A DNA stretch of 64,000 bases from Candidatus Poribacteria bacterium (GTDB lineage: Bacteria > Poribacteria > WGA-4E > JAJDTR01), in contig CBDCTK010000002.1 of NCBI GenBank assembly GCA_965222225.1, positions 4,896,001 to 4,960,000 on the forward strand, read 5' to 3'. The notes under the pieces are model-generated. The model worked only from the letters and a program-made list of their open reading frames with translations. It had not been told where the DNA came from and ran no database searches. Below, in pieces: positions 1-9,576 of this stretch; the stretch's first letter is position 1, and each line of letters begins with the position of its first letter. The position numbers and the translations under genes are program-made.

Positions 1-1
1 G

Positions 2-500
2 AAATTAATCTCTCTTCGAGACAATGAGAAGATTCTAGAACAAGACAACACATTGCCATCCTTCAAAAAAGCAAATACTGTGGAAGAACGCTTTGCTGCT
101 TGGCGTGATACCTACCAACTGGAAGCAACACAAGTTGGCATCTTCGAAGAAAACATCCAAGCCTATCAAATAGGCAAAGACCACTACACCTATGACCACG
201 ACACTAAACCTATTGACGCTGAACAACAGAAAGGTCAATACCATGAGTTTCGAACCATCCTGAGACAACACAACATCGCTAGGCGGGAAAACGCTTTTGA
301 AGTGCTTGTTAATCTGTTTTTGTGCAAACTCGTGGACGAAGAAGAGAACAAATCCAACCTAAAGTTTTATTGGAAAGGCATCGCTTATGACGATTACTAC
401 GATTTTTTTGACAGACTGCAAAACCTTTTTCAAAAGGGCATGGATAAGTATCTCAAACAGAAAATCAGCTACATCAGCAACGACCAAATTGATTCCGTTT
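2..500 (+). pseudogene. 5' part (open at window edge) of a fused restriction-modification R-M-S protein, frameshifted at ~497-500
   Basis: Frame is open from base 2 (KLISLRDNEKIL...ENAFEVLVNLFLCKLVDEEE...). Protein-like sequence continues in the -1 frame from 499 (FWTVRNKPNATKKQIQAYFRELKFF) into the 592..3264 ORF. Confidence 0.8.
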
Positions 501-591
501 CTGGACAGTCAGAAACAAGCCAAATGCTACAAAGAAACAGATTCAAGCCTATTTTCGAGAACTCAAGTTTTTCACCAATTCAGCTTTTTCG

Positions 592-3264
592 TTGCTTGAT
601 ACCCACAATGAAAAACTATTTCTCAAGAACGTCAAAGTTTTGTTACAGATTGTACAAATGTGGCAAGGTTTACGTCTCAAAACCGAGGGGCAAAATCAGT
701 TCTTGGGCGACATGTTTGAACTATTTCTCGACGACGGTATCAAGCAATCCGAAGGTCAGTTTTTCACGCCTCTACCGATCTGTAAGTTCATTATTAGTTC
801 TTTGCCACTCGCTCAGAAAATTGCAGGTAGTACAGAACCTATTAAAGCCATTGATTTTGCCTGTGGATCAGGGCATTTCCTAAATGAATACGCGCATCAA
901 ATAGAGCCATTGGTGGATACACACGGAGGCAGTTTAAGCGACTATTACAGCCAAATCATAGGAGTTGAAAAAGAAGATCGCTTGGCAAAGGTTGCCAAGG
1001 TCGCCTCTTATATGCATGGACAAGAACATATTCGGATACTGGATGCTGACGCATTAGGTTCTCATGCCGAAATCCCACTAGGAACTTTTGATGTCTTGGC
1101 GGCGAATCCACCCTTTTCAGTGGATGGGTTTTTGCAAACTCTAAGCGACGAAGATAAAAAAAAGTTTGTGCTCATTCAAGCTATCGGTCAGAATTGGGAT
1201 ACCAATACCATTCAATGCTTCTTTATAGAACGGATGCAGCACTTGATGGCTCCCGGTGGTGTGGCTGGCGTTATTGTCCCTTCCAGCATTTTGTCTAATC
1301 CTAATGCGATTTATATCCAGACGCGAGAGTTACTTCTACAATTTTTTGATGTCGTAAGCATCGCCGAACTCGGCGGAGGCACCTTTGGCAAAACAACCAC
1401 TAATACGGTGGTTCTTTTTTTGAGACGTAAGGCTTACAAACCGGAAGCCGCCGAACACTACGCCAATCGAGTGAATGATGTTTTCGAAGGTGAATACGAC
1501 GACGTGTATCAAGATATGTACCTAATAGAGGCCTATTGCAGCCATATTGAAGTTCCTTTTGAACAATACACTAAGCTCTTCGCCCAAACCAGCCTAGATC
1601 CACTTACCGAGCTATTCCAGTACGACATTTTCAAGGCCTACCAGCAAGACTTTTACGAAAGCACAGAAATCAAAAACCGGAAAAAATCGAAGGCTTTCAA
1701 GAAATTAAAGGGGAAGGAGCAAGCCGCAGAACTCGAATCGCGTTTTATCGCTTACTTGCACGCAATTGAAAAAGACAAATTCTTGTATTTCATCCTGGCA
1801 TATCAGCAAGAAAACAGTGTGCTGATTGTCAATTCGCCGAATACGGACAAAGAACGAAAGCAATTCCTAGGCTACGGGTGGAGCGATGCCAAAGGAAATG
1901 AGGGCATAAAATACAACGTTGGTGAAACGGTCAACGATATTGTTACCCCCTTATTCGATCCGAGAGATTTTGACAATCAAATCAAAATCAACACAGCAAT
2001 TAGAAAGAACTTTAACGGCGAGCCCATTGACTTGCCCAAACATAGTCGCTATACTAAACTCGAAGACATGTTGGATTTTGGTCGCACCAATTTTCGCAAA
2101 GTCATTCATCTAAATCCAAAGGAGAAGATCGAAATCAAAACCCAGTGGTCACTGGCGAAGTTCGGTGAAATTTGCAAGCTACAGGGCGGCAACACGTTCC
2201 AAGAAATCTATCAAGGAAATACGGATTGTACACAGATACCTTTTTTCAAGGTATCTGATATGAACACTCCTGAGAATTATAAGTTCATGACAGTAGCTAA
2301 CAACTATGTGGATGCAACGGTCTTTACGAAACAGATTAGGGCAACACTGTTTGAAAGGCATTCCATTGTTTTTCCGAAAGTCGGAATGTCTATCCACACG
2401 GATAAGAAAAGAATTCTCGGTCATCCTAGTGGATTAGATAACAATATAATGGGCGTAACTGTAAAAGACCAAAATTCACTATTGCCCCTATTTTTGCTTG
2501 AAGTGTTTCAACAGTTCATTCGTCTGAGCGCAATTTCTTCAAATGCAAACCCTCCATCACTTTCAGAGGATAACCTCAGGCACGTAGAAATCCCTCTTCC
2601 CCCACTTGACGTCCAACAGTTGATTGTCGACGAATGCGATACGGTTGATAGGGAAACTGAAAATTTCCACCAGGTCCTCGCCACCACAAAACAGCGAATC
2701 CAGGATTTAGTTACTTCAGCCGAAAGAACATCAACGCTAAACCAAGTGGTATACCGCATACCGGACATTGTTAATCCGAAAGAAAAACAAGGCTACGTAA
2801 TCTATATCGGTTTAGAACACATTCAGAGTCAAACAGGCATCCTGTCAGGCGATCCCCGGTCTGATTTTTCCAAGATAGCGAGTAACAAAAATGTCTTTCG
2901 AGTCGGTGATATTCTGTATGGCAAGTTGAGACCTAATTTGAATAAGGTCTATTTGGCGAACATGGATGGAATTTGCTCAACAGACATACTTGTGCTTAGA
3001 CCATTTCAACCAACCGTTGGGGTGTTTTACAAGCACTTTTTTCTCTCTGAAGAATTTAACTCTGATGTGCTTAGGACTGTTATCGGCCAACAACTGCCGA
3101 GAACATCTTGGGAAGAAATTGAAAGAATTCCTGTTCCCGAGCCTGATGTTGGGTCTCAGTTAGTAGCAGAAATCAAACAATTGGAATCAGAAATTACCCA
3201 AGCTCAGGCGGTGATTGACAAAGCCGCCGAGAGGAAAAACGCCATCCTCGCGCACTATCTATAG
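592..3264 (+). CDS. N6-adenine DNA methyltransferase fused to HsdS-like target recognition domains (Type IIG / Type I-like R-M-S fusion, C-terminal part)
   Basis: GQFFTP, motif I DFACGSGHFL and motif IV NPPF. Two HsdS-like TRD units follow (IPLPPLDVQQLIV linker; GDILYGKLRPNLNK...CSTDI). Confidence 0.9.
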   Translation: MLDTHNEKLFLKNVKVLLQIVQMWQGLRLKTEGQNQFLGDMFELFLDDGIKQSEGQFFTPLPICKFIISSLPLAQKIAGSTEPIKAIDFACGSGHFLNEYAHQIEPLVDTHGGSLSDYYSQIIGVEKEDRLAKVAKVASYMHGQEHIRILDADALGSHAEIPLGTFDVLAANPPFSVDGFLQTLSDEDKKKFVLIQAIGQNWDTNTIQCFFIERMQHLMAPGGVAGVIVPSSILSNPNAIYIQTRELLLQFFDVVSIAELGGGTFGKTTTNTVVLFLRRKAYKPEAAEHYANRVNDVFEGEYDDVYQDMYLIEAYCSHIEVPFEQYTKLFAQTSLDPLTELFQYDIFKAYQQDFYESTEIKNRKKSKAFKKLKGKEQAAELESRFIAYLHAIEKDKFLYFILAYQQENSVLIVNSPNTDKERKQFLGYGWSDAKGNEGIKYNVGETVNDIVTPLFDPRDFDNQIKINTAIRKNFNGEPIDLPKHSRYTKLEDMLDFGRTNFRKVIHLNPKEKIEIKTQWSLAKFGEICKLQGGNTFQEIYQGNTDCTQIPFFKVSDMNTPENYKFMTVANNYVDATVFTKQIRATLFERHSIVFPKVGMSIHTDKKRILGHPSGLDNNIMGVTVKDQNSLLPLFLLEVFQQFIRLSAISSNANPPSLSEDNLRHVEIPLPPLDVQQLIVDECDTVDRETENFHQVLATTKQRIQDLVTSAERTSTLNQVVYRIPDIVNPKEKQGYVIYIGLEHIQSQTGILSGDPRSDFSKIASNKNVFRVGDILYGKLRPNLNKVYLANMDGICSTDILVLRPFQPTVGVFYKHFFLSEEFNSDVLRTVIGQQLPRTSWEEIERIPVPEPDVGSQLVAEIKQLESEITQAQAVIDKAAERKNAILAHYL

Positions 3265-3317
3265 GAGTTCCAATTGTCAAACTTTGCGAATCTCATCAAG
3301 CTCCTTTAGGTTTGTCC

Positions 3318-4199
3318 ATGACTGAAATCAACAACAATAAACACCGCAAACAGAACGAAGTATGCTACCAGACAATCGCTGAGTTTCTGGAAAAGACTCC
3401 TCCAAATCAACTTAGGCAGATATCGGACTTGGTGGCACCAGAATACGTAGGTGGTCAGTTCGGTTATTATACCAAATTAAACACTCGCACGCTGCAACTT
3501 TACTGTACACACGCCTCATGCACCCGAACAATGAATTTCCGTTGCATTGATATTTCAAACGACGCGAGACATTTTATGACAGATAAAGTTGCTTCATTCT
3601 ATATCACATATCAATGCTCAAATTGTCAAATAGAGCAAAAAGTGTTCTCTTTGGCAGCACGAATTTGCAGAATAGGAGAGCCTAAGGGCGAATGCTACAA
3701 ATACGGCGAATTTCCGCCGTATGGCCCCCATGTTCCTCCCAAACTTGTTAAGCTTGTTGGTTCCGAGCGTGACACCTTTATAAAGGGACACCGTTGCGAG
3801 GCACAGGGGCTTGGCATTGGTGCTTTTACCTATTATCGAAGGGTCGTAGAAAACAAAAAAAATAGTATTCTGGGAGAGATTGTCACAGTGTCGGAGAATA
3901 TGGGCGTACCTGAGGCTAAGATAAAAACATTGCGTGAAGCTATTAAAGAAACTCGGTTCAGTAAGGCGCTTGATTTGGCAAAGAATGTCATGCCCGAAAG
4001 TCTATTGATTGAAGGCCACAATCCGATGCGATTATTGTATCGTGCGCTAAGCAAGGGCGTGCATGAATTGACTGACGAGGAATGTTTGGTGCGTGCCAGT
4101 AGCGTGAGGGAGATATTGGGTGAACTATCTGAAAGGTTATCATTCTTATTGAAAAACAAAGCAGAACTGAAGAAGGCTGTTTCCACATTAACGCGATAG
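3318..4199 (+). CDS. Hypothetical protein with Cys clusters and a DUF4145/HEPN-like C-terminal domain
   Basis: CxxxxC and CxxC in the N-half. C-terminal GAFTYYRRVVE helix and R-x6-H (RALSKGVH). Lies directly behind the R-M gene. Confidence 0.55.
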   Translation: MTEINNNKHRKQNEVCYQTIAEFLEKTPPNQLRQISDLVAPEYVGGQFGYYTKLNTRTLQLYCTHASCTRTMNFRCIDISNDARHFMTDKVASFYITYQCSNCQIEQKVFSLAARICRIGEPKGECYKYGEFPPYGPHVPPKLVKLVGSERDTFIKGHRCEAQGLGIGAFTYYRRVVENKKNSILGEIVTVSENMGVPEAKIKTLREAIKETRFSKALDLAKNVMPESLLIEGHNPMRLLYRALSKGVHELTDEECLVRASSVREILGELSERLSFLLKNKAELKKAVSTLTR

Positions 4200-4530
4200 T
4201 ATAGCAGTAAACAAAGGGACAGACTGTACTGAAAGCAACTACGCTATCCCTTTCTTGAGTTTAGTTGTCTTCCAGTATCACGGGTAATTGGCCAAGGCGC
4301 CGAGAGACCAAGAATTCTTATTTCGCAAACTATCTATGTAGACCTAATATATCCCATCAGCGGTAATTCTGTTACAAGCCGGTAATTCTAAATGGCTATT
4401 GCAGATTATAGTAACAGAGTAATGTGGGGTTTTGAGCGGTTTTCGCTGGTTCAAAGTCATCTCCCGAAGGTGAACAAACTCATGATTAAAAAATTAACAA
4501 CTTCCGTAGCCTTTGAAAGCGCCAGCGGCG

Positions 4531-4581
4531 GTCAAGTGACTGAACAGGGAACGCGATAGTAAATCCCGTGCGATAGAGAAC
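4531..4581 (+). repeat. 34-bp GA-hairpin mini-repeat (one full unit plus a right half)
   Basis: GTC-aagtgactgaacagggaac-gcgatagtaa-ATC followed by gtgcgatagag; matches the units at 7305, 13664, 20120, 28506 and 48130. Confidence 0.75.
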
Positions 4582-4775
4582 TTTAAGGTTGCACAATATC
4601 AGAAACCGCTGACGACTTTTTCAATAGTCAACCAAAAAGTTAGACAATCAAAATCTCTCCCTCCTTGCATTCAACGTTTGATTCACACCATTTGTTATGC
4701 TACTTAAATGTACAAAGTCGAGTTTAATTGGAATACATATGAGCTAACGATGTGTTCTCCTAATGCGGAAAGAGA

Positions 4776-6239
4776 ATGAAGAACATGGAAAAAGAGATAC
4801 CATTAAACAAGATTGACGATTACCGTTGGCGCATCCCGAAAAGCTATCAGGAAGGCATGCGCGTCGATGGGATTGTCTACGCAAATGAAAAACTGCTCCG
4901 ACAGGCAAAGAGCGACGAGGCACTGCAGCAAGTCGCAAATGTAGCGCATCTCCCCGGAATCGTCAAACACTCGCTAGCCATGCCGGATTTGCACTGGGGC
5001 TACGGCTTTGTAATCGGCGGTGTCGCTGCCACAGATCCTCGTGCGGATGGCGTTGTGTCGCCAGGTGGCATTGGGTACGACCTCAATTGCGGCGTGCGTC
5101 TGATCCGCACGAATATAAAGGCTTCCCAATTGAAGGGCAGGACTCGAAACCTCGTCGACAGACTTTTTGAGAATATCCCCTGCGGCGTCGGTTCTAGTGG
5201 CAAGATTCGCCTCTCAATTCAAGAAGAACAGAAGATGCTTGAGAAGGGATCTCGTTGGGCGATCGAACGGGGGTACGGCATACCTGAAGATCTCGGATTC
5301 ACGGAAGCGAACGGACGTCTCGCGTCTGCAGATGCTACCGCCGCGAGCAAACGCGCCCTTGAGCGCGGGAAGAATCAACTTGGCACACTCGGCTCGGGGA
5401 ATCATTTTCTGGAAGTGCAACTGGTAGACCGCATCCTTTATCGGGAGGCGGCGGATGCTATGGGCTTGACCGAAGGACAGGTTTGTGTGATGATTCATAC
5501 CGGATCGCGAGGTTTCGGCTATCAGGTTTGCGATGAGCATGTCAAGACGTGGGTTAAGGTCGCGCAAAAGTACGGCATTGACCTCCCTGACCGTCAACTG
5601 GCAGCTGCGCCAATTAACTCGCCGGAAGGGCAGGATTATCTTGCCGCGATGGCGTGCGGAGCCAACTATGCTTGGAATAATCGGCAGTGCATCACCCACT
5701 GGGTACGGCAAGTGTTCATGGATTTCTTCGACACCAGCCGAAATGAGCTAGGATTGGAATTGGTGTACGATGTGGCGCACAACATCGGTAAGTTTGAAAA
5801 ACACAAGGTTGATGGGGTTAAACGGGAACTGTTTGTGCATCGAAAGGGAGCAACACGCGCCTTCCCGGCGGGACACCCGGAAATTCCCGAGAAGTACAAG
5901 AAGATTGGCCAACCGGTTCTGATCCCCGGCGATATGGGGACTGCTTCCTATGTGCTCGTGGGAAGCCCAGCCGCGATGGAACAAACCTGGGGCACAACGT
6001 GCCACGGCGCGGGAAGAATGCTATCTCGTCGGAAGGCAATTGAAGCGACAAAGGGGCGGGCAATTGATCGAGAACTTGAAAAACAAGGCATTTTTGTGCG
6101 TGCCGAGGGTCGTCGAACCTTGCATGAGGAGGTCCCGGAAGCCTACAAAGATGTCGATGAAGTTGTCAAAGTGGTTGATGCAGCCGGGCTGTCACGGCGC
6201 GTCGCTCGGCTGCGTCCTATTGGTGTAATCAAGGGATAA
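4776..6239 (+). CDS. rtcB: RNA ligase RtcB
   Basis: AMPDLHWGYGF, GYDLNCG, GSGNHFLE, HTGSRG, HRKGAT and HGAGR motifs. Confidence 0.97.
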   Translation: MKNMEKEIPLNKIDDYRWRIPKSYQEGMRVDGIVYANEKLLRQAKSDEALQQVANVAHLPGIVKHSLAMPDLHWGYGFVIGGVAATDPRADGVVSPGGIGYDLNCGVRLIRTNIKASQLKGRTRNLVDRLFENIPCGVGSSGKIRLSIQEEQKMLEKGSRWAIERGYGIPEDLGFTEANGRLASADATAASKRALERGKNQLGTLGSGNHFLEVQLVDRILYREAADAMGLTEGQVCVMIHTGSRGFGYQVCDEHVKTWVKVAQKYGIDLPDRQLAAAPINSPEGQDYLAAMACGANYAWNNRQCITHWVRQVFMDFFDTSRNELGLELVYDVAHNIGKFEKHKVDGVKRELFVHRKGATRAFPAGHPEIPEKYKKIGQPVLIPGDMGTASYVLVGSPAAMEQTWGTTCHGAGRMLSRRKAIEATKGRAIDRELEKQGIFVRAEGRRTLHEEVPEAYKDVDEVVKVVDAAGLSRRVARLRPIGVIKG

Positions 6240-6247
6240 TCGCCCAA

Positions 6248-7222
6248 TTACGCCTTGTAGAGATGCCTCACGTAACTTTGATAGCCGTTAAACATGTCCG
6301 TCGATCGACGCTCGCCAGTGCCAATCATACGTTCCGATGCTTGCGACCAGCGAGGATGAGGAACGGTCGGATTCACATTTGCCCAAAAATCGTATTCTCG
6401 TGGCGCCAACGTGTTCCAGAAGGTGCGCGGCTTACGTTTGGTGAATTCGATACTGACAATCGACTTGATGCTCTTGAAACCGTATTTCCACGGTACAATC
6501 AGACGGATCGGAGCGCCGTGTTGTTTGGGGAGAACATGACCGTAAATGCCTGTAGCAAGCAAGGTAAGTTCGTTCATTGCCTCTTCAATGGTCAATCCCT
6601 CAAAATAGGGCCACGGCAAACGACCTTGCTTCTGTTGAGGTGCTTCGTTTGGACGAAGGAATGTGAGCATTTTCACGTATTTCGCAGATGACTTGGGCTG
6701 CACCAAATTGACCAACTCCTTCATGGGAAAGCCGATCCACGGCACCACCATCGCCCACGCCTCGACGCAGCGAAAGCGGTAGATCCGTTCTTCAAGGGGC
6801 ATTTTCTTGACGAGGTCGCTGATGTCGACCGTCATTGGATTTTCTACCTGTCCCGTGATTTCAATCTCCCACGGGCGTGTCTGAAACTTGTCGACCAATT
6901 TCCACACGCGATCTTTGGTGGACGTGAATTCATAAAAATTGTTGTAAGACCCGGCAACAACCTCATCGGTAAACTCAGCATCCACGGTAAAGTTTTCATT
7001 GTGTGGCACATCAATTTTCTGTGCTTGTGCTTCCTTGAGTTGCTCCTCCACACCTTTTCCCTGTGCCCAAGCGCAGCCGTTCATTAACGTCAGTGCGCCA
7101 GCCCCCGCCAAGCCCATATTCTTCATAAACTCGCGTCGGCTAACGTAATCCGATTCCGGCGTTACTTGGTTTTCAGGAATCTCCCATCCTTTGGGAATTT
7201 TAATCAGCATATTTACACGCAA
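6248..7222 (-). CDS. msrP: Protein-methionine-sulfoxide reductase catalytic subunit MsrP (Tat-exported molybdoenzyme)
   Basis: Tat motif SRREFMK; YNNFYEF, RFRCVEAW, PWKYGFKSIK and HPRWSQASER. The start is probably the ATG at 7210. Confidence 0.95.
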   Translation of the reverse strand: MRVNMLIKIPKGWEIPENQVTPESDYVSRREFMKNMGLAGAGALTLMNGCAWAQGKGVEEQLKEAQAQKIDVPHNENFTVDAEFTDEVVAGSYNNFYEFTSTKDRVWKLVDKFQTRPWEIEITGQVENPMTVDISDLVKKMPLEERIYRFRCVEAWAMVVPWIGFPMKELVNLVQPKSSAKYVKMLTFLRPNEAPQQKQGRLPWPYFEGLTIEEAMNELTLLATGIYGHVLPKQHGAPIRLIVPWKYGFKSIKSIVSIEFTKRKPRTFWNTLAPREYDFWANVNPTVPHPRWSQASERMIGTGERRSTDMFNGYQSYVRHLYKA

Positions 7223-7232
7223 CCTTTCCTAA

Positions 7233-7441
7233 TACTATTTCGCGTCATTAAATAATAGTGCGTATGATGCTCAATTGTATCATTCTCTTTCTCCGTAGGC
7301 GGGCATCAAACGACCGAAAAGGGAGTGCAATAGAGATCCCCTTGCCCGCCTTGCGCAGTGACAAAGCACCTTACACCACTCTACACAAGTTTCTTTACTT
7401 GATCTGCGCAATCAATGCACTTGAATATTCGAGAAATGGTA
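7233..7441. mobile_element. MITE-like element with TACYATTTC terminal inverted repeats, carrying a GTAG-REP and a GA-hairpin unit
   Basis: Left end TACTATTTC (7233), right end GAAATGGTA (7433-7441). The body aligns by eye with 28580-28700 and 48014-48253. Confidence 0.6.
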
Positions 7442-7575
7442 TAAAAATACATGCAACGGTTCTCGGAATACCGTTCGGCTCCCGCGTTCTTGCACACGTC
7501 TACACACACTTGACACAGAAATGTTCCGGCAGTAGGTTTGGTTGTATGGTCAATACAACTAAAAATCTTACATTT

Positions 7576-7602
7576 CTGTAGGAGCAAAACTCGCTCCTAC
7601 AG
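7576..7602. repeat. GTAG-family REP-like palindrome
   Basis: CTGTAGGAGC-aaaactc-GCTCCTACAG; a near-identical half lies at 53507-53524. Confidence 0.7.
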
Positions 7603-7722
7603 TAGGCTTGCCACAACAATCTTCAATCGTCATATCGCCCATCTCTATTCTACCAACGGGACGACGTATGAAAACCGGGGATTTAGGTTCATATAACGCT
7701 GATAGTGAATCATGAAATTTGT

Positions 7723-7751
7723 TTGACAGAGCACCTCTGACAAGGTACTAT
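7723..7751 (+). promoter_or_regulatory. sigma70-type promoter of the dppA-like gene
   Basis: TTGACA-N17-TACTAT about 70 bp upstream of the ATG; AGGAG RBS. Confidence 0.6.
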
Positions 7752-7819
7752 TTTTGGTTGAAGCCGACCTTATTTTCTAACAACATAACGAGATTTGTCA
7801 ACTGCAAAGGAGCCAAACT

Positions 7820-9397
7820 ATGTATAGACGCCTTCAGGCACTTATTACAGCGGTTTTATTAGTTTCAGCATATCCGGTAGATGCTGCCGAGAACGCCCCA
7901 GTAATTGGAGGCACACTGATTTTTGGTCGCGGCGGGGATTCTGTGGGGTTGGACCCAGCCCATGAAGAGGATGGCGAGTCCTTCAAGGTTTGCGAGAATG
8001 TCTACGACACGCTGGTACAATATCAAGACGAAAGCACGGAGGTTGAACCTGCGTTAGCCGCATCGTGGGAATCGTCGGCTGATGGACTGAGGTGGACATT
8101 CCACCTGCGGGTAGGCGTAAAGTTTCACGACGGTACGGCTTTCAACGCGGATGCTGTGCTATTCTCTTTGAACCGCCAACATGATCCGAGCCACCCGTTC
8201 CACAAAGTCGGAGGCACGTCCATATACTGGTCGGACACCGGGTTGGCAGATACCGTTGATAAGATTGTCGCCTTGGACGATTATACTGTCCAGATTGTTC
8301 TCAACCATCCCTATGCTCCTTTCATCGCTACGTTAGCCATGGGACCGTTTGCAATTGTCAGCCCAAGCGCCGTCAAAAAGTGGCGGGAGGATTACACCAA
8401 TCACCCCGTTGGCACGGGAGCGTTCAAATTTGTGCGTTGGGATCGAGGAGATAAGGTTGTTCTCGAAGTGAACAAGGATTACTGGGGCGGGCGCCCAAAT
8501 TTGGACCGCATCATTTTCCGATCAATTCCTGACAATTCCGTGCGGCTCATCGAATTGCAGAACGGCAGCATTCATGCCATGGAGTTCCCCAATCCTGATG
8601 ATTTGCCCCAAATCCGCGAAGATCCAAACCTCGCCGTCGTTGAGGGACCTGGTATGAATGTGGGTTACCTCGCAATGAATGTGGATAAGAAACCGTTGGA
8701 TAACCTCAAGGTTCGTTTGGCAATCAACCATGCCATAAACAAGCCGGCAATTGTCGGACATCTCTATCAAGGAATGGGCATACCCGCAAAGAATCCCATT
8801 CCACCGACGATGTGGGGGTACGATGATGGGATTGAGGATTACGCCTACAATCCGGAGAAATCAAAGCAATTGTTGGGGGAAGCCGGATATCCGGACGGCT
8901 TTACGACAACCTTATGGGCATTGCCGGTGCCGAGGCCCTATATCCCCAATGGTCGAGCGCTGGCAGAGGTGATTCAATCCGATCTGCGGCGTGTCGGGAT
9001 TGAGACGAAGATTGTGACCTTCGACTGGGGCACGTACCTCGAAAAAACAAAACATGGCGAGCATGACATCGCCATGCTGGGCTGGTCTGCAGACTTGGGG
9101 GATCCCGATAATTTCTTTTACTACCTTTTGAGCAAATCCGCAGCCGAAAAGCCGGCGGGCAACATCTCCTTTTATCGGAGTGACGCCATGCAGGAAATCC
9201 TCGATCAAGCGAGGTCAATCACCGACCGGGAAAAGCGAATTGAACTGTACAAGAAAGCGCAGGAAATCTTCCACAACGATGTGCCATGGGTGCCAATCGC
9301 GCATTCCAAGAAAGCGGTGATTACTAACAAGCGGGTGAAAAATCTAAAATTACATCCGACGGCGTGGCGATATTTCAGGCAGATTTGGCTTGAGTGA
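7820..9397 (+). CDS. ABC transporter peptide/nickel substrate-binding protein (family 5, DppA-like)
   Basis: Signal peptide, PALAASWESS, GVKFHDGT, PVGTGAFKF, PRPYIPN and GWSADLGDPDNF. Confidence 0.93.
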   Translation: MYRRLQALITAVLLVSAYPVDAAENAPVIGGTLIFGRGGDSVGLDPAHEEDGESFKVCENVYDTLVQYQDESTEVEPALAASWESSADGLRWTFHLRVGVKFHDGTAFNADAVLFSLNRQHDPSHPFHKVGGTSIYWSDTGLADTVDKIVALDDYTVQIVLNHPYAPFIATLAMGPFAIVSPSAVKKWREDYTNHPVGTGAFKFVRWDRGDKVVLEVNKDYWGGRPNLDRIIFRSIPDNSVRLIELQNGSIHAMEFPNPDDLPQIREDPNLAVVEGPGMNVGYLAMNVDKKPLDNLKVRLAINHAINKPAIVGHLYQGMGIPAKNPIPPTMWGYDDGIEDYAYNPEKSKQLLGEAGYPDGFTTTLWALPVPRPYIPNGRALAEVIQSDLRRVGIETKIVTFDWGTYLEKTKHGEHDIAMLGWSADLGDPDNFFYYLLSKSAAEKPAGNISFYRSDAMQEILDQARSITDREKRIELYKKAQEIFHNDVPWVPIAHSKKAVITNKRVKNLKLHPTAWRYFRQIWLE

Positions 9398-9451
9398 TGG
9401 GGACAGTAAGAACGACGGTTCCGGCACAATCCCCGCGAATTGCGGCAGCGG

Positions 9452-9538
9452 TTTCTCGTCAGGTGCAAGTATCTGGCAGGGAACGGTGAGATGGTGGGTG
9501 TAGATGTGGTGTTTTCCTTTGAAATCAAGAGTGGGTAG
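9452..9538 (-). pseudogene. Remnant of the N-terminus of a Type III R-M Mod (site-specific DNA methyltransferase) gene
   Basis: The minus strand reads (L)PTLDFKGKHHIYTHHLTVPCQILAPDEK after an AGAAGGAG RBS. This resembles the MPTLxFKGK..HHLTVP start of Mod subunits; the start codon is degraded and similarity is lost after ~29 codons. Confidence 0.6.
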
Positions 9539-9576
9539 GTTCGCTCTCCTTCTCTGGTGCTAAATGTTCATTCGTC

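Noticed and set aside
4200-4500. Integron attC or IS end after the defence genes
   Set aside because: Only weak hairpins and a CGGTAATTCT direct repeat; no convincing R/L boxes, integrase or transposase.
3318-6239. HEPN toxin and RtcB as a functional damage-repair pair
   Set aside because: They are separated by ~575 bp containing repeats, and rtcB has backbone-like composition; adjacency alone is insufficient.
7258-7587. Short ORFs on both strands
   Set aside because: They overlap the MITE/REP element and have no RBS or recognisable domain.
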